This document shows positions 54,109 to 64,000 of a stretch of 64,000 bases of DNA, in pieces. The stretch spans positions 1,984,001-2,048,000 of the forward strand of contig OZ241889.1 of assembly GCA_965203355.1 (NCBI GenBank), written 5' to 3'. The DNA is from Candidatus Latescibacterota bacterium (GTDB taxonomy: Bacteria > Latescibacterota > UBA2968 > UBA8231). How positions within the stretch are numbered: position 1 is the stretch's first letter; the number at the start of each line of letters is the position of its first letter. The translations under genes and the position numbers were made by a program. Under the pieces are notes generated by a model. The model made no database searches. It worked only from the letters and a program-made list of their open reading frames with translations, and was not told the DNA's origin.

Positions 54109-55789
54109 TCAATGCAATAGCGTCAGTTTATGCGTCTCGACCGTTCCATCAACCGCAAGCACCAACAGATAGGTGCCCGACGCTTGGGACTGCCCGGCTT
54201 GGTCGCGTCCGTCCCAGACGAATTGGTAACGGCCCGCCGGCCGCATCCCCTCGGCCGCCAACACCCGCACCTGTATAGATACGCACCCCAACCGACGCCG
54301 ACTGCGTCAACTCGAAGGCGAGGGTGACCGCTGGGTTGAAGGGATTGGGATACAGGCGCAGGGCGGCCACCGCTTCTTCGGCAGGGTTCGCCGCCTGCTC
54401 CTCGACAACGGTGCCGACTGGCGATCCCATCCACTCGCTGACCCGACAGATCCGACGCAAATGGGAAAACGATCCGCCCTCCCACGTATAGCCCCCAGAC
54501 AACATCGCGACTAAGAGATCCCCCTGTTGAGTAAAGAGTATGGACCAAGGTTGCCAGATAGTAGCCTGCAATGCCGGACCGTCATCGCCGATATGGTCTT
54601 GACAGCGATGCTCCGATAAACGCTTTCCAGCCGCTACGCGCTTTCCGGCTGAACAGCCTCGTAAATAACGGAAATCGAATCCGTTGCCGGCGACGGTTTC
54701 GATAATGCCGTCTGGCCGAACTCGATGAATGCGGTTGAAATAGTAATTGGCGATATACAAGCTACCCTGTGGGTCGATAGCGAGGCCTGCGGGGAAGTCT
54801 AAAAGGGCTTCGGTCGCCGGCTGGCCTTCGGCACCAAAGTACTGACGCCATTTGCCCTCAACTTCCTCGCCGACAATCTGATCGGGATCTTCCCCCAACC
54901 CGGTGATAGGTTCAGACTCGCCATCGGCAGAAAGGCGAAAGACCTGATGGCCCAGCGAAAAATACAGTACCCCTTGGCCATCCATGATAAGTTCCCGTAC
55001 TGAGTCTGCTTCCAGCAGCGTGGAGACGATCCCTTGGCCATCAATACGCCGGATGCCTCCCCGGCCGGCGACTAGCAGATTGCCTTCCCGATCGAAAACC
55101 AGCGCGTTGATGATGTCAAATTGCGCCTCGCTGGCCGGTCCACCATCGCCGCTGGACCCGACTTCGCCGGTGCCAGCAAAGGTGACTACCAACCCATCCG
55201 CCTCTAAACGTGCTATGCGGACTTTACTCGGCTCGCCGCCGGACCACACCGAATTGACATAATCGACGAAGTAGAGCCGACCCTGCCGGTCAAAGGTCAT
55301 CGCGCCTGGCGCGATGCGGGCGTCCAGAGCCGCGACGGTATCCTCCAAGACATTGAAACGCCGGAACACAGGGGGCATAGCAGTAGTTGTTTCATCGTAT
55401 CCGAGGGGATGCCGGTCGTAATCATAGTCGCCCTGGCGGTACGAGATGTGATACTGAGGAACGCCGACGATACGGGTGGCAGTGCCGTCGGCTTCGAGCC
55501 GGTAGATGATGGTTTGGTCGGCTATGTAGATGCGTCCTTGAGGGCCTACGGCCAACGTCTGCGGATAGTAGCTGTGGTACTCCGGCGCGGCGACGAGGTC
55601 GATCAGACCCCTTGTACTTTCGTGCTTTATTGGCGGGTAGATCGTGTAATCGCTGAAGGCGGCGAGGTAATCGCCGTCGGGAGCGGTTACGGTAGTGATG
55701 GTGCCCGGCGCACCACACGGTGACAGCCCCCACAGCGTTGCGCTCGGCGACAGCAAGCCCAATAAGGCGAGGAGAACCGGAGTCCGCAT
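54109..55789 (-). pseudogene. NHL-repeat secreted protein with frameshifted FlgD/T9SS-type C-terminal domain
   Basis: NHL motifs (FAGTGEVGSSGDGGPA, FPAGLAIDPQGSLYIA). A 14-bp deletion at 54273/54274 relative to its paralogs moves the last ~54 codons into another frame (ending 54109); the main frame stops at 54149. Confidence 0.8.
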
Positions 55790-55802
55790 AGCATAGCTCC
55801 CG

Positions 55803-57509
55803 TCAATGCAATAGCGTCAACTTGTGCGTCTCGACCGTTCCATCAACCGCAAGCACCAACAGATAGGTGCCCGACGCTTGGGACTGCCCGGCTTGGTCGC
55901 GTCCGTCCCAGACGAATTGGTAGCTACCCGCCGGCCGCATCCCCTCGGCCGCGAGCACCCGCACTTGCTGCCCTAATTCATTATAGATACGCACCCCAAC
56001 CGACGCCGAATGCGTCAAGTCGAAGGCGAGGGTGACTGCTGGGTTGAACGGATTGGGATACAGGCGCAGGGCGGCCACCGCTTCTTCGGCAGGGTTCGCC
56101 GCCTGCTCCTCGACGGCCGTGTCGGCTGGCGATCCCATCCACTCGCTGACCCGACAGATCCGACGCAAGTGGGAAAACGCTCCGCCCTCCCACATATAGC
56201 CCCCAGACGACATCGCGACTAAGAGATCGTCTTCGGGCGTTAGCAGCAACCGGGAGGGCCACCAGATCGGAGCATCTAACGCCGAACCGCCATCGCCGAT
56301 ATGATCTTGGCAGTTAGGCCGCGAAAACTCTTCGCCATCCGCCACCCGTTTATCAGCGGCCATACAGCCTGGGGAAAAACCGTAATCCAAGCCGTTGCCA
56401 GCGATGGTTTCGAGGATGCCGTCGGGTCGGACGCGATGGATGCGGTGGAAATTAGCATTGGTAATATACAGCGTCCCTTGAGCGTCGAGTACCATGTCCG
56501 CTAGGTAGTCGAAAGGGGCCTCGGTCGCCGGTCGGCCGTTGGCGACAAAGTATCCACCTAACCGTTCTTCCGATTGCCATTCCCCTTCTAACGCGGCCTT
56601 TGCCATGGCTGAGTGCTCGTCCTGATTATGCGGATCGCCCCAATTCGATCCGGCCACGTGTTCGATCTCGCCATCGGCATGGCGGCGGAAGACCTGAGTC
56701 CGCGTCCCAAAATACAACATCCCTTGGCCAGCCACTCGCAACGATCCGGCCCAAGGCACCTCCACTAGCGTGGTGATTTTCCTTTGCGCGTCCATGCGCC
56801 GAATGCCCTTATTGCCCGAAAACAGCAGACGATCCTCCTGATCGAATACGAGCGAATAGATGATGGTCTCCTCAAATGGGCCGACAAAGGTGACCACCTG
56901 TCCATTGGCGTCCAACCGGGCGATGCGCACCAGGGTCGGCAATAGTGCTTCGGTCCAACTTCGGTCGACATAATCGACGAAGTAGAGCCGACCGTGCCGG
57001 TCGAAGGTCATCGCGCCTGGCGCGATGCGGGCATCCAGTGCCGCGACGGTATCTTCCAAGACATTGAAACGCTGCAACCAAGGGGGCATAGCAGTTCTTG
57101 TTTCATCGTATCCGAGGGGATGTTGGTCGTCGTCATAGTCGCCCTGGCGGTACGTGATATAATACTGGGGAACGCCGACGATGCGGGTGGCGGTGCCGTC
57201 GGCTTCGAGCCGGTAGATGATGGTTTGGTCGGCTATGTAGATGCGCCCTTGGGGGCCTACGGCCAACGTCTGCGGATAGTAGCTGCGGTACTCCGGTGCG
57301 GCCACCACGTCGATCAGGCCCCGTACGGTTTCGCGCTTTATTGGCGGATAGATCGTGTAATCGCTGAAGGCGGCGAGGTAATCGCCATCGGGAGCGGTTA
57401 CGGTGGTGATGGTGCCCGGCGCACCACAGGGCGGCAACCCCCACAGTGAGGTCGCCAAGAATAGCAGCCCCACCAAAACGGAGAGAACGCCATACCGATG
57501 CCTAAGCAT
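55803..57509 (-). CDS. NHL-repeat secreted protein with FlgD/T9SS-type C-terminal domain (paralog of 54109-55789)
   Basis: Signal peptide, NHL blades, GDGGSALDA, YPNPFNP...WDGRD...SGTY. Confidence 0.85.
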   Translation of the reverse strand: MLRHRYGVLSVLVGLLFLATSLWGLPPCGAPGTITTVTAPDGDYLAAFSDYTIYPPIKRETVRGLIDVVAAPEYRSYYPQTLAVGPQGRIYIADQTIIYRLEADGTATRIVGVPQYYITYRQGDYDDDQHPLGYDETRTAMPPWLQRFNVLEDTVAALDARIAPGAMTFDRHGRLYFVDYVDRSWTEALLPTLVRIARLDANGQVVTFVGPFEETIIYSLVFDQEDRLLFSGNKGIRRMDAQRKITTLVEVPWAGSLRVAGQGMLYFGTRTQVFRRHADGEIEHVAGSNWGDPHNQDEHSAMAKAALEGEWQSEERLGGYFVANGRPATEAPFDYLADMVLDAQGTLYITNANFHRIHRVRPDGILETIAGNGLDYGFSPGCMAADKRVADGEEFSRPNCQDHIGDGGSALDAPIWWPSRLLLTPEDDLLVAMSSGGYMWEGGAFSHLRRICRVSEWMGSPADTAVEEQAANPAEEAVAALRLYPNPFNPAVTLAFDLTHSASVGVRIYNELGQQVRVLAAEGMRPAGSYQFVWDGRDQAGQSQASGTYLLVLAVDGTVETHKLTLLH

Positions 57510-57521
57510 AATCTTCTCCCG

Positions 57522-58480
57522 TCAATGCAATAGCGTCAACTTGTGCGTCTCGACCGTTCCATCAACCGCAAGCACCAACAGATAGGTGCCCGACGCTTGG
57601 GATTGCCCGGCTTGGTCGCGTCCGTCCCAGACGAATTGGTAGCTACCCGCCGGCCGCATCCCCTCGGCGGCTAGCACCCGCACCTGTTGACCCAACTCGT
57701 TGTAGATACGCACCCCAACCGACGCCGAATGCGTCAAGTCGAAGGCGAGGGTGACTTCTGGGTTGAACGGATTGGGGAAAACGCTTGCCTGCGTAACGCT
57801 ACTCTCCTTTGGGACGCGGCCGACTGCGATCTTTGAACTCTGGCCATCGCCGCCAAACAGAGAACGAATGCTGTTAGCACCTACGTAAATGTACGCATGG
57901 CCAGACGAGTCATTGGACGTGACCGTCCGCTGACCTAAGTTTTCGTAAGCGGACCTATTGTTAGCGCACCATTTAGTACTAGAGGTCATGGCGTTTCGAC
58001 CCGTAGCATGACCCAAGCCGAGGGCGTGCCCCAATTCGTGAGTCACAACGCTCTGCACATCCTTGGAACCCGTCCCACAGCGAGACGTGGTAGTCGTCCA
58101 ATTTCTGCGATCGTTGAGGACGATATCGACATCGGAAAACTCGCCGATGTCAACTCCGCTGGTCGGTGCCGTGAGCAGAGTATATCCATTAACGTGACTG
58201 ATGGTGCTGTGGTTGGACCAGAAAATGGTATTGACTCCGTCGTTGGGATTGTTGGTTCGATGTATATCCATTCCGTTATAGGTGATGCTGAGAGCAGTCG
58301 AATCAACGTTATGCCAAGAGGCGATGGCACTCTGAATGGCACTAACCGACGACCGCTCCCATCATGCGGTAATACATAGCACACCTCCTTGTTGTTGGAC
58401 CATCGTTTGCCGCAGCGTGGTCGGTCCCAATCCGCTTGCGAATCGGCGGTGCGGACGCTAGTCGCGCTTATCAAAAAAAC
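57522..58480 (-). pseudogene. Matrixin (M10-like) zinc metalloprotease with C-terminal sorting domain, 5' end disrupted
   Basis: THELGHALGLGH..NAM metzincin motif in 57522-58271. The frame is closed upstream by TGA near 58362, and plausible coding sequence continues in other frames with stops. Confidence 0.65.
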
Positions 58481-58696
58481 GCATCAAGCGATCCATACGT
58501 TCCATTGCCAGCATGGAAAGCCACCGGCATTGAGGGTCGTCAGGCGGTCTTGGGGAATGTGCTATCGCGGTTGGGTGTTTACTGGCATCGGTGGCCGGGG
58601 ACCCCACCGGTTTTACTGGTGGCCGTTGCACCTGCTGAGGTTTATCGTCAGCGGCCTAATATTGGCTATATTTGTAGGTGGAATTTATTTTTTGTG

Positions 58697-60517
58697 GTGA
58701 ACAGCTACACCGATTATCCATCTATTTTGTACCTGCCTTTAATTTTCTTTCTACTGTGCTGCGGTTGTGGTGCGTCCGAACACCCAGCCTTTTTCGTCGA
58801 GGTGGCTGCCGAGGCCGGGCTGGATTTCCGCCACACTAGTGGGGCCAGCGGCGATTACTTCCTAATTGAGACGATGGGAGCTGGTGCGGCCTTTTTCGAT
58901 TGCGACAACGATGGCTGGCTGGACGTTTATTTGGTGGATGGTTTCGACCTGTCGCCGTGGCGCGAGCGCTTAGTGCCGGTCAATCTCGTGGCCGGGGATT
59001 CAGCGGGGACCTGGGTCGTCGAAGAATTCCGACCGCCCCTGCGCTACGATGGCCGAGTGGATACTTCGGTATTGGCGTTGCGTCAGGCTCCTGACGTAGG
59101 CCAGACGCAAAATCGCCTCTATCAGAATATGGACGGGGCCTTCCGCGAGGTCACTGAGCAAATGGGGACAGGCGACTTGGGCTATGGTATGGGGGTTGCT
59201 GTCGGCGATTACGACAACGATGGTCGCTCGGATCTATATGTGACCAACTATGGCCGCAATGCCTTCTATCGCAATCGGGAGAACAGCACCTTTGCCGACC
59301 GGGCGCAGGTGGCCGGCGTGGCCGATCCCCACTGGAGCACGAGTGCGGCCTTTTTTGACTACGACAACGATGGTGATCTCGATCTATATGTGGTGAATTA
59401 CCTCGACTTGACGCCGGACACCAACCGCTTGTGCGGCGGTGCGGTCGCTAGTACCGGGGCCTCCTTGCGCGTTCCGGCTGGCCAGCGGACTTATTGCAGC
59501 CCGAGGCGGTACAACGGTGCGCCAGACGCGCTCTTTCGCAACGAGGGAAACGGGCGGTTTTCTGATGTGACACAAGCCAGCGGGGTATTTAGTCCCTTTG
59601 GCAAAGGGCTCGGGGTAGCGGCCGCTGATTTTGACTCCGATGGGTACCTCGATGTGTACGTGGCCAACGACGGCACACGCAATTTTTTCTATCGCAACCG
59701 CGGCGATGGCGCGTTTGTCGAGTCTGGGTTAGCAGCCGGAGCGGCGTACAATGGCGACGGCCAAGCCGAGGCTGGCATGGGGGTCGCGGTCGGCGATGGG
59801 GATGCCGATGGGGATGTCGATCTGTTGGTGACCAACTTTTCCCGCGAGAGCAACACGCTCTACCGCAACGATGGCGATGGCCGCTTTGCCGATGCGACGG
59901 AGGTCGCCGGCCTGAGCGGCCCGACCTTGCTACCACTGGGGTTTGGCGCGTTTTTTGCCGACGTTGACAACGATGTCGACGTGGATTTGTTCGTGGCCAA
60001 CGGCCACGTCCTCGACCGCATCGCCTTACAGGACTCAGCATTGACCCACGCCCAGCCCAACCAGCTTTTTATTAACGATGGCCACGGTGTCTTTGCCGAC
60101 GCGTCGCCCCGCAGCGGCCCGGCTTTTGGGCTGTCCGCGGTGTCGCGCGGGGCCGCTTATGGCGATGTCGATAACGACGGGGACTTGGATGTGCTGGTGA
60201 CCAATGTCGATGGTGCGGCGCGGCTGTACCGCAACGAGCTGCGGTCGGAACATCACTGGCTGTCCTTGCGGTTGGTGGGGACGCGGGCGAACCGCGATGC
60301 CGTTGGTGCGCGGGTGCGGGTGTTCTGCGGCGATGTGGTACAAACGCGCCAGCAGATTGGCGGGGGGACCTATCTGTCGGCGAGCGATAGTCGGTTGCAC
60401 TTTGGCTTAGGCGACTGCGCACTAGTGGAGCGGATCGAAATCACTTGGCCCGATGGCAGTGTGCAAGAGCGGCGCAGCGAGCCGGTTGATCATTTTTTGG
60501 TTGTGGAGCAGGAGTAG
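58697..60517 (+). CDS. CRTAC1/ASPIC-UnbV family FG-GAP repeat protein
   Basis: ETMGAGAAFFDCDNDGWLDVY, repeated GDYDNDG, NRDAVGARV, GGTYLSASDSRLHFGLG, ITWPDG. Start uncertain (GTG 58694/58697 or TTG 58727). Confidence 0.88.
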   Translation: MNSYTDYPSILYLPLIFFLLCCGCGASEHPAFFVEVAAEAGLDFRHTSGASGDYFLIETMGAGAAFFDCDNDGWLDVYLVDGFDLSPWRERLVPVNLVAGDSAGTWVVEEFRPPLRYDGRVDTSVLALRQAPDVGQTQNRLYQNMDGAFREVTEQMGTGDLGYGMGVAVGDYDNDGRSDLYVTNYGRNAFYRNRENSTFADRAQVAGVADPHWSTSAAFFDYDNDGDLDLYVVNYLDLTPDTNRLCGGAVASTGASLRVPAGQRTYCSPRRYNGAPDALFRNEGNGRFSDVTQASGVFSPFGKGLGVAAADFDSDGYLDVYVANDGTRNFFYRNRGDGAFVESGLAAGAAYNGDGQAEAGMGVAVGDGDADGDVDLLVTNFSRESNTLYRNDGDGRFADATEVAGLSGPTLLPLGFGAFFADVDNDVDVDLFVANGHVLDRIALQDSALTHAQPNQLFINDGHGVFADASPRSGPAFGLSAVSRGAAYGDVDNDGDLDVLVTNVDGAARLYRNELRSEHHWLSLRLVGTRANRDAVGARVRVFCGDVVQTRQQIGGGTYLSASDSRLHFGLGDCALVERIEITWPDGSVQERRSEPVDHFLVVEQE

Positions 60518-62160
60518 TGGGCGCGTTGATATGGTACGCGGTCGGGTTGCTCGTCGGGGCCGCTAGCGGGTGGAGCGAGCCGCTCGCTGTGCAATTCGTA
60601 GATCGGGCACCGGCCGCTGGCCTGACGCAGCGCAATGTCTCGGGCATCGACCAAAGCTACATAGTCGAGGGGATGATGGGCGGTGCCGCCTTTTTCGATT
60701 ACGACCGCGATGGCGACGTGGATTTATACGTGACCAACGGCTCTTCCTTTGCGGGCTTTGCCGCGGGCGAGCATCCGGCTAACCAACTCTACCGCAACGA
60801 TGGTGGCCACTTTGCCGATGTGACGCTCGCCGCTGATGTCGGGGATACGAGCTGGTCAATGGGATGCGCGGTGGCCGATTACGACAACGATGGCCACTCG
60901 GATCTCTACGTTACCAACTTTGGCCGCAACACCTTGTATCGCAACGCGGGTGCCGGTCGTTTTGCCGATGTGACGGGAGAGACTGGCGTCGGCGATATAG
61001 GGTGGGGCACCGGTGTCAGTTTTGGCGATTACGACCGCGATGGCGACGTGGATTTGTACGTGGCCAATTACGTGGATTTTTCCCTCGACTACGAGTCCCC
61101 AATCCCTTGCCTGTGGAAGAACGTGAAAGTGTATTGCGGGCCGGTAGGTCTGCTCCCGGCGGCGGATGTGTTCTACCGCAACAACGGCGATGGGACGTTC
61201 TCGGAGTGGACGCAACAGGCCGGGCTGAAAGGCGAAAAGTTCTACGGCATGAGTGCCCTGTTCGGAGACTACGACGCCGACGGATGGCCTGACCTGTTCG
61301 TGGCCAACGATTCCACGCCCAACCTGCTTTTTCGCAATCGCCAGGATGGCCGCTTCACCGAGGAGGCACTCATGGCCGGGGTGGCGTATAGCGGGGAGGG
61401 CGTGACGCAGGGGTGCATGGGGGCCACGTGGGGCGATTACGACAACGACGGTCTGTTCGATCTCTTTGTCTCCAATTTTGCCGACGAGTACAACGCGCTG
61501 TACAAGAACGAGGGGGGCGGCTTTTTTGCGGATGTGTCTTTTGCCGCGGGGATCGGGGCGGCACCGGCTGAATTGGTTTCGTGGGGTACGGGCTTTTTCG
61601 ACTACGACAACGACGGCGATCGCGATCTCTTCGTGGCCAACGGCCACACCTACCCGCAGGCCGACTTGCCGCGGGTCAACTCCAGCTATGAGCAAGCTAA
61701 CTCGCTGTTTGAAAATAGGGGCGGGCGGCTACGGGAGGTGTCAGCCACAGCTGGCCCGGGCTTTGTCTTGCGCCGCGTCAGCCGCGGGACCAGTTTGGCC
61801 GACTACGACAACGATGGCGACATCGACTTATTCGTTCTCAATCTCAACAGCAGGCCAACCCTGTTGCGCAACGACGGCGACCTTGGCAACCACTATCTGC
61901 TGGTGCGGACGGAGGGCACAGTGAGCAATCGCGACGGGATTGGTGCACACGTTATTATCCATGCCGGTGGGCAGACCCAGTACGCCGAGGTGCAAAGCGG
62001 GGGAAGCTATTTGTCGCACAACGATCTGCGGCTACACTTTGGCTTGGGTCGGGCCGAGCGCGTGGAGCGGCTCGAAGTACGCTGGCCTAGCGGGACAGTT
62101 CAGGTTCTGAATGACATTGCTGCCGATCAGGTAGTGACCGTTGTCGAGCCGTGTCAATAG
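60517..62160 (+). CDS. CRTAC1/ASPIC-UnbV family FG-GAP repeat protein
   Basis: DYDRDGDVDLY repeats, SNRDGIGA, SGGSYLSHNDLRLHFGLG, VRWPSG. Confidence 0.92.
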   Translation: MGALIWYAVGLLVGAASGWSEPLAVQFVDRAPAAGLTQRNVSGIDQSYIVEGMMGGAAFFDYDRDGDVDLYVTNGSSFAGFAAGEHPANQLYRNDGGHFADVTLAADVGDTSWSMGCAVADYDNDGHSDLYVTNFGRNTLYRNAGAGRFADVTGETGVGDIGWGTGVSFGDYDRDGDVDLYVANYVDFSLDYESPIPCLWKNVKVYCGPVGLLPAADVFYRNNGDGTFSEWTQQAGLKGEKFYGMSALFGDYDADGWPDLFVANDSTPNLLFRNRQDGRFTEEALMAGVAYSGEGVTQGCMGATWGDYDNDGLFDLFVSNFADEYNALYKNEGGGFFADVSFAAGIGAAPAELVSWGTGFFDYDNDGDRDLFVANGHTYPQADLPRVNSSYEQANSLFENRGGRLREVSATAGPGFVLRRVSRGTSLADYDNDGDIDLFVLNLNSRPTLLRNDGDLGNHYLLVRTEGTVSNRDGIGAHVIIHAGGQTQYAEVQSGGSYLSHNDLRLHFGLGRAERVERLEVRWPSGTVQVLNDIAADQVVTVVEPCQ

Positions 62161-63998
62161 ACGATAGAGACGAGGCACTGACGTTTCTGTTGGCCGCGGT
62201 CGGTCTCTGCGGTGAAGCGAATGAGGTAAGATCCCGGCGGCACGAGGTGGTCGCTGAGAGTGCGGCCGTCCCACTCGACGGCAAAGCGGCCACTGGTGGC
62301 AGGTCCGGCGTAGATGTCTCTCACCTTGCGGCCGGCTAGATCGAAGGCCGCGAGTTCTACTTGAATAGCATCCACTATATACAGAAGGTCGTATTCGATC
62401 CGCACGGTATCGTTGCGGCCGTCGCCGTTGGGGGTAAAAACCGCCGGGTGCAGAGCGAGGCGACCGATGAGCGGCTGGTCTAAGCTAAGTAAGGCCACTT
62501 GCAGACTGCTGGTCGCCTTTGGGGTCACGGGCTGGGCGACTTCAAACGGGCGGCTGCTATCGCGAATTCGCCCCGCAAAGCGAGTGTTGTACGCGAATAC
62601 CTCAGCGCGGAAATCGACCTCAATCTGCTCGGCGGTCCGCTGCTGGTCCATGCGGGGCAGCGCGACTTCAAACCCCTCAGCGGTATGCTGCGCGATGGTA
62701 TAGGCGACATCCACCCCGCCGACCCGCACGGCCTCTACGGCCTGTACCTGTGCGGTAGTGGCGATAGCTAGGTGATCGAATCCGAGGTCGCCGGCTGCGA
62801 TGTGCGGCTCTAGATAGAAGGTGAATGAGGTCGGGGTCAGGGCTTGGGCTTGCAGCGGTTGGATTTGCCCGAGGGCTTGGGAAGCGGGCGGCGGGATGGA
62901 CGCGCTGAATTGCAAGTAAGCGAGGTGCCCCGTCGCTTCGACAGTCGAATGGAATTCGGCCCTAAACTGAGCGTAACGGCGCAACCGATTGACCGGCATT
63001 GGCCCGCGACCTGGCGCAAAGGCAAAGGGCGCGTTCCAGAAGTTCCAGTCCTCGATGTCTGGGGTGGAGCCGGCCTGCTCGCCCTTTTGTAAGCGGTTGT
63101 AGGTTTGTAGGGTGATCGGTTGGCCAGCGGCGTCGAAGCGGGTAAGCTCATTGCCGCGGAACGTGCGCCGCCAATAGGTGTTGGGGTCGTCGTCGTCGCC
63201 TGTGCGTACACTCAACTCAATGCGGGCCTCAGCGTCGATATGGCCGTCCCAAGTCAATGCGCCCAAAGCGGCCGGTTGGCCCAAGTCGATGATATTGGAG
63301 GTATAGCGGGAGAAGGCGGCCGGTCCGGCCCCGTAAATCTCAAATTCGGCGATCTCCCAGATGCCACGACTGTTTTCGGGTAACTCGATGAACACCTGTT
63401 GAATGGGTTCTTCGGGCAGAGCCAACTCCATGACGGCTTGGGTGTTCTCACTCACGCGGTGGACGATGTCAAAGTCGAGCGTGCTGTTGCGCCAGCTAAC
63501 CGCGTACTCGCGGGTACCGTCGACGAGGGGGTCGCCGTCACTGGTACCTAGGATGAAGCTCTCAACAAAGCGGGTCGCCGCAAAGCGCGGGCGTGGGTAA
63601 AAGCGCACGCGATCGACGAAGAAACGCCCGCCAAAGTCAAAGACCCAATACTTGCGCTGGGGACCGTAACCGACGACGCGAAGATAACGCCCGTCCCCTA
63701 GATAAGCGGTTTCCGGGTCGCCGTCAAAGATCAGGATGTCGTCTTCGTACCACTCTCGCCAGCCGTTCCACTCTAGGATGAGGATGCGGCCACCGAGGGA
63801 CTCTACGAGCGGTGCCAAGTTGACCGAGGTAGTTAGCGATAACGGACCGATGCGTTCTGGCTGCAAGTCGATCCATTGGGCCAGTCCGTGCTGGTTGGGA
63901 TCCACGGCTTCCCACGATAGTTGCACGAACTCGTACTCGGCTTCCAACTCTGGTTTGGGCAGGTCGCTCCCGCCGATGCGATAGATGGTAAGCGCGTG
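62154..63998 (-). CDS. Secreted protein with FlgD-Ig/gliding-motility-type C-terminal domain; 5'-partial
   Basis: Frame is open to the window end (HALTIYRIGGSDLPKPELE...). C-terminal VFTPNGDGRND...FDLAGRKVR...WDGR...PPGSY. Confidence 0.8.
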   Translation of the reverse strand, partial: HALTIYRIGGSDLPKPELEAEYEFVQLSWEAVDPNQHGLAQWIDLQPERIGPLSLTTSVNLAPLVESLGGRILILEWNGWREWYEDDILIFDGDPETAYLGDGRYLRVVGYGPQRKYWVFDFGGRFFVDRVRFYPRPRFAATRFVESFILGTSDGDPLVDGTREYAVSWRNSTLDFDIVHRVSENTQAVMELALPEEPIQQVFIELPENSRGIWEIAEFEIYGAGPAAFSRYTSNIIDLGQPAALGALTWDGHIDAEARIELSVRTGDDDDPNTYWRRTFRGNELTRFDAAGQPITLQTYNRLQKGEQAGSTPDIEDWNFWNAPFAFAPGRGPMPVNRLRRYAQFRAEFHSTVEATGHLAYLQFSASIPPPASQALGQIQPLQAQALTPTSFTFYLEPHIAAGDLGFDHLAIATTAQVQAVEAVRVGGVDVAYTIAQHTAEGFEVALPRMDQQRTAEQIEVDFRAEVFAYNTRFAGRIRDSSRPFEVAQPVTPKATSSLQVALLSLDQPLIGRLALHPAVFTPNGDGRNDTVRIEYDLLYIVDAIQVELAAFDLAGRKVRDIYAGPATSGRFAVEWDGRTLSDHLVPPGSYLIRFTAETDRGQQKRQCLVSIVY

Positions 63999-64000
63999 AG

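Larger units (their letters stand above)
54109..57777. repeat. Three near-identical ~240-255 bp C-terminal-domain cassettes (54109-54350, 55803-56058, 57522-57777)
   Basis: Each begins TCAATGCAATAGCGTCA..GCGTCTCGACCGTTCCATCAACCGCAAGCACCAACAGATAGGTGCCCGACGCTTGGGA and encodes PNPFNP...HKLTLLH on the minus strand. Confidence 0.93.

Noticed and set aside
58340-58500. Selenocysteine or TGA read-through restoring the matrixin gene
   Set aside because: The two TGA codons are in different frames, no SECIS-like hairpin was evident, and TGA is used as a normal stop elsewhere in the window.
58436-58696. 87-aa N-terminal extension of the first CRTAC1 protein
   Set aside because: It overlaps the decayed matrixin 5' region on the other strand, and the hydrophobic signal-like segment only begins near 58727.

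Overview
High-GC bacterial chromosomal window. The many FlgD/T9SS-type C-terminal domains, NHL and CRTAC1 proteins and DUF6785-like genes suggest an FCB-group organism such as a Latescibacterota-like lineage, possibly host-associated (inference only). The backbone carries transport and metabolic genes: a DUF6785-like membrane protein, alpha-carbonic anhydrase, an M28/FtsX fusion, acs, a glycogen debranching enzyme, a cobalamin-riboswitch-controlled B12 uptake operon, a sugar ABC/catabolic cluster, creD, and a tandem array of secreted NHL/matrixin/CRTAC1 proteins. Two lower-GC accessory blocks interrupt it. (1) About 7.3-13.7 kb: a type III-like restriction-modification locus. Its Res subunit ends in a VapB/Phd-antitoxin-like tail and is translationally coupled to a VapC PIN toxin that has no separate antitoxin, making it a candidate toxin-guarded restriction system. 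(2) About 20.6-35.1 kb: an 8-gene operon (Zn-ribbon/beta-propeller, vWA membrane protein, membrane-anchored trypsin-like protease, giant tubulin/FtsZ-like protein, Zn-ribbon-Ig-Hsp70, GrpE-like protein, and a ZorA/ZorB-like MotAB pair). It sits behind a cassette bounded by 51-bp direct repeats that holds a strong sigma70-like promoter, a long RNA hairpin and a C16 tract in a leader ORF. Block 2 is the best candidate for an undescribed Zorya-like, cytoskeleton/chaperone-coupled defence or membrane-remodelling system. No rRNA, tRNA, CRISPR array, integrase or transposase was recognised. All family assignments come from motif recognition by eye, not from database searches.
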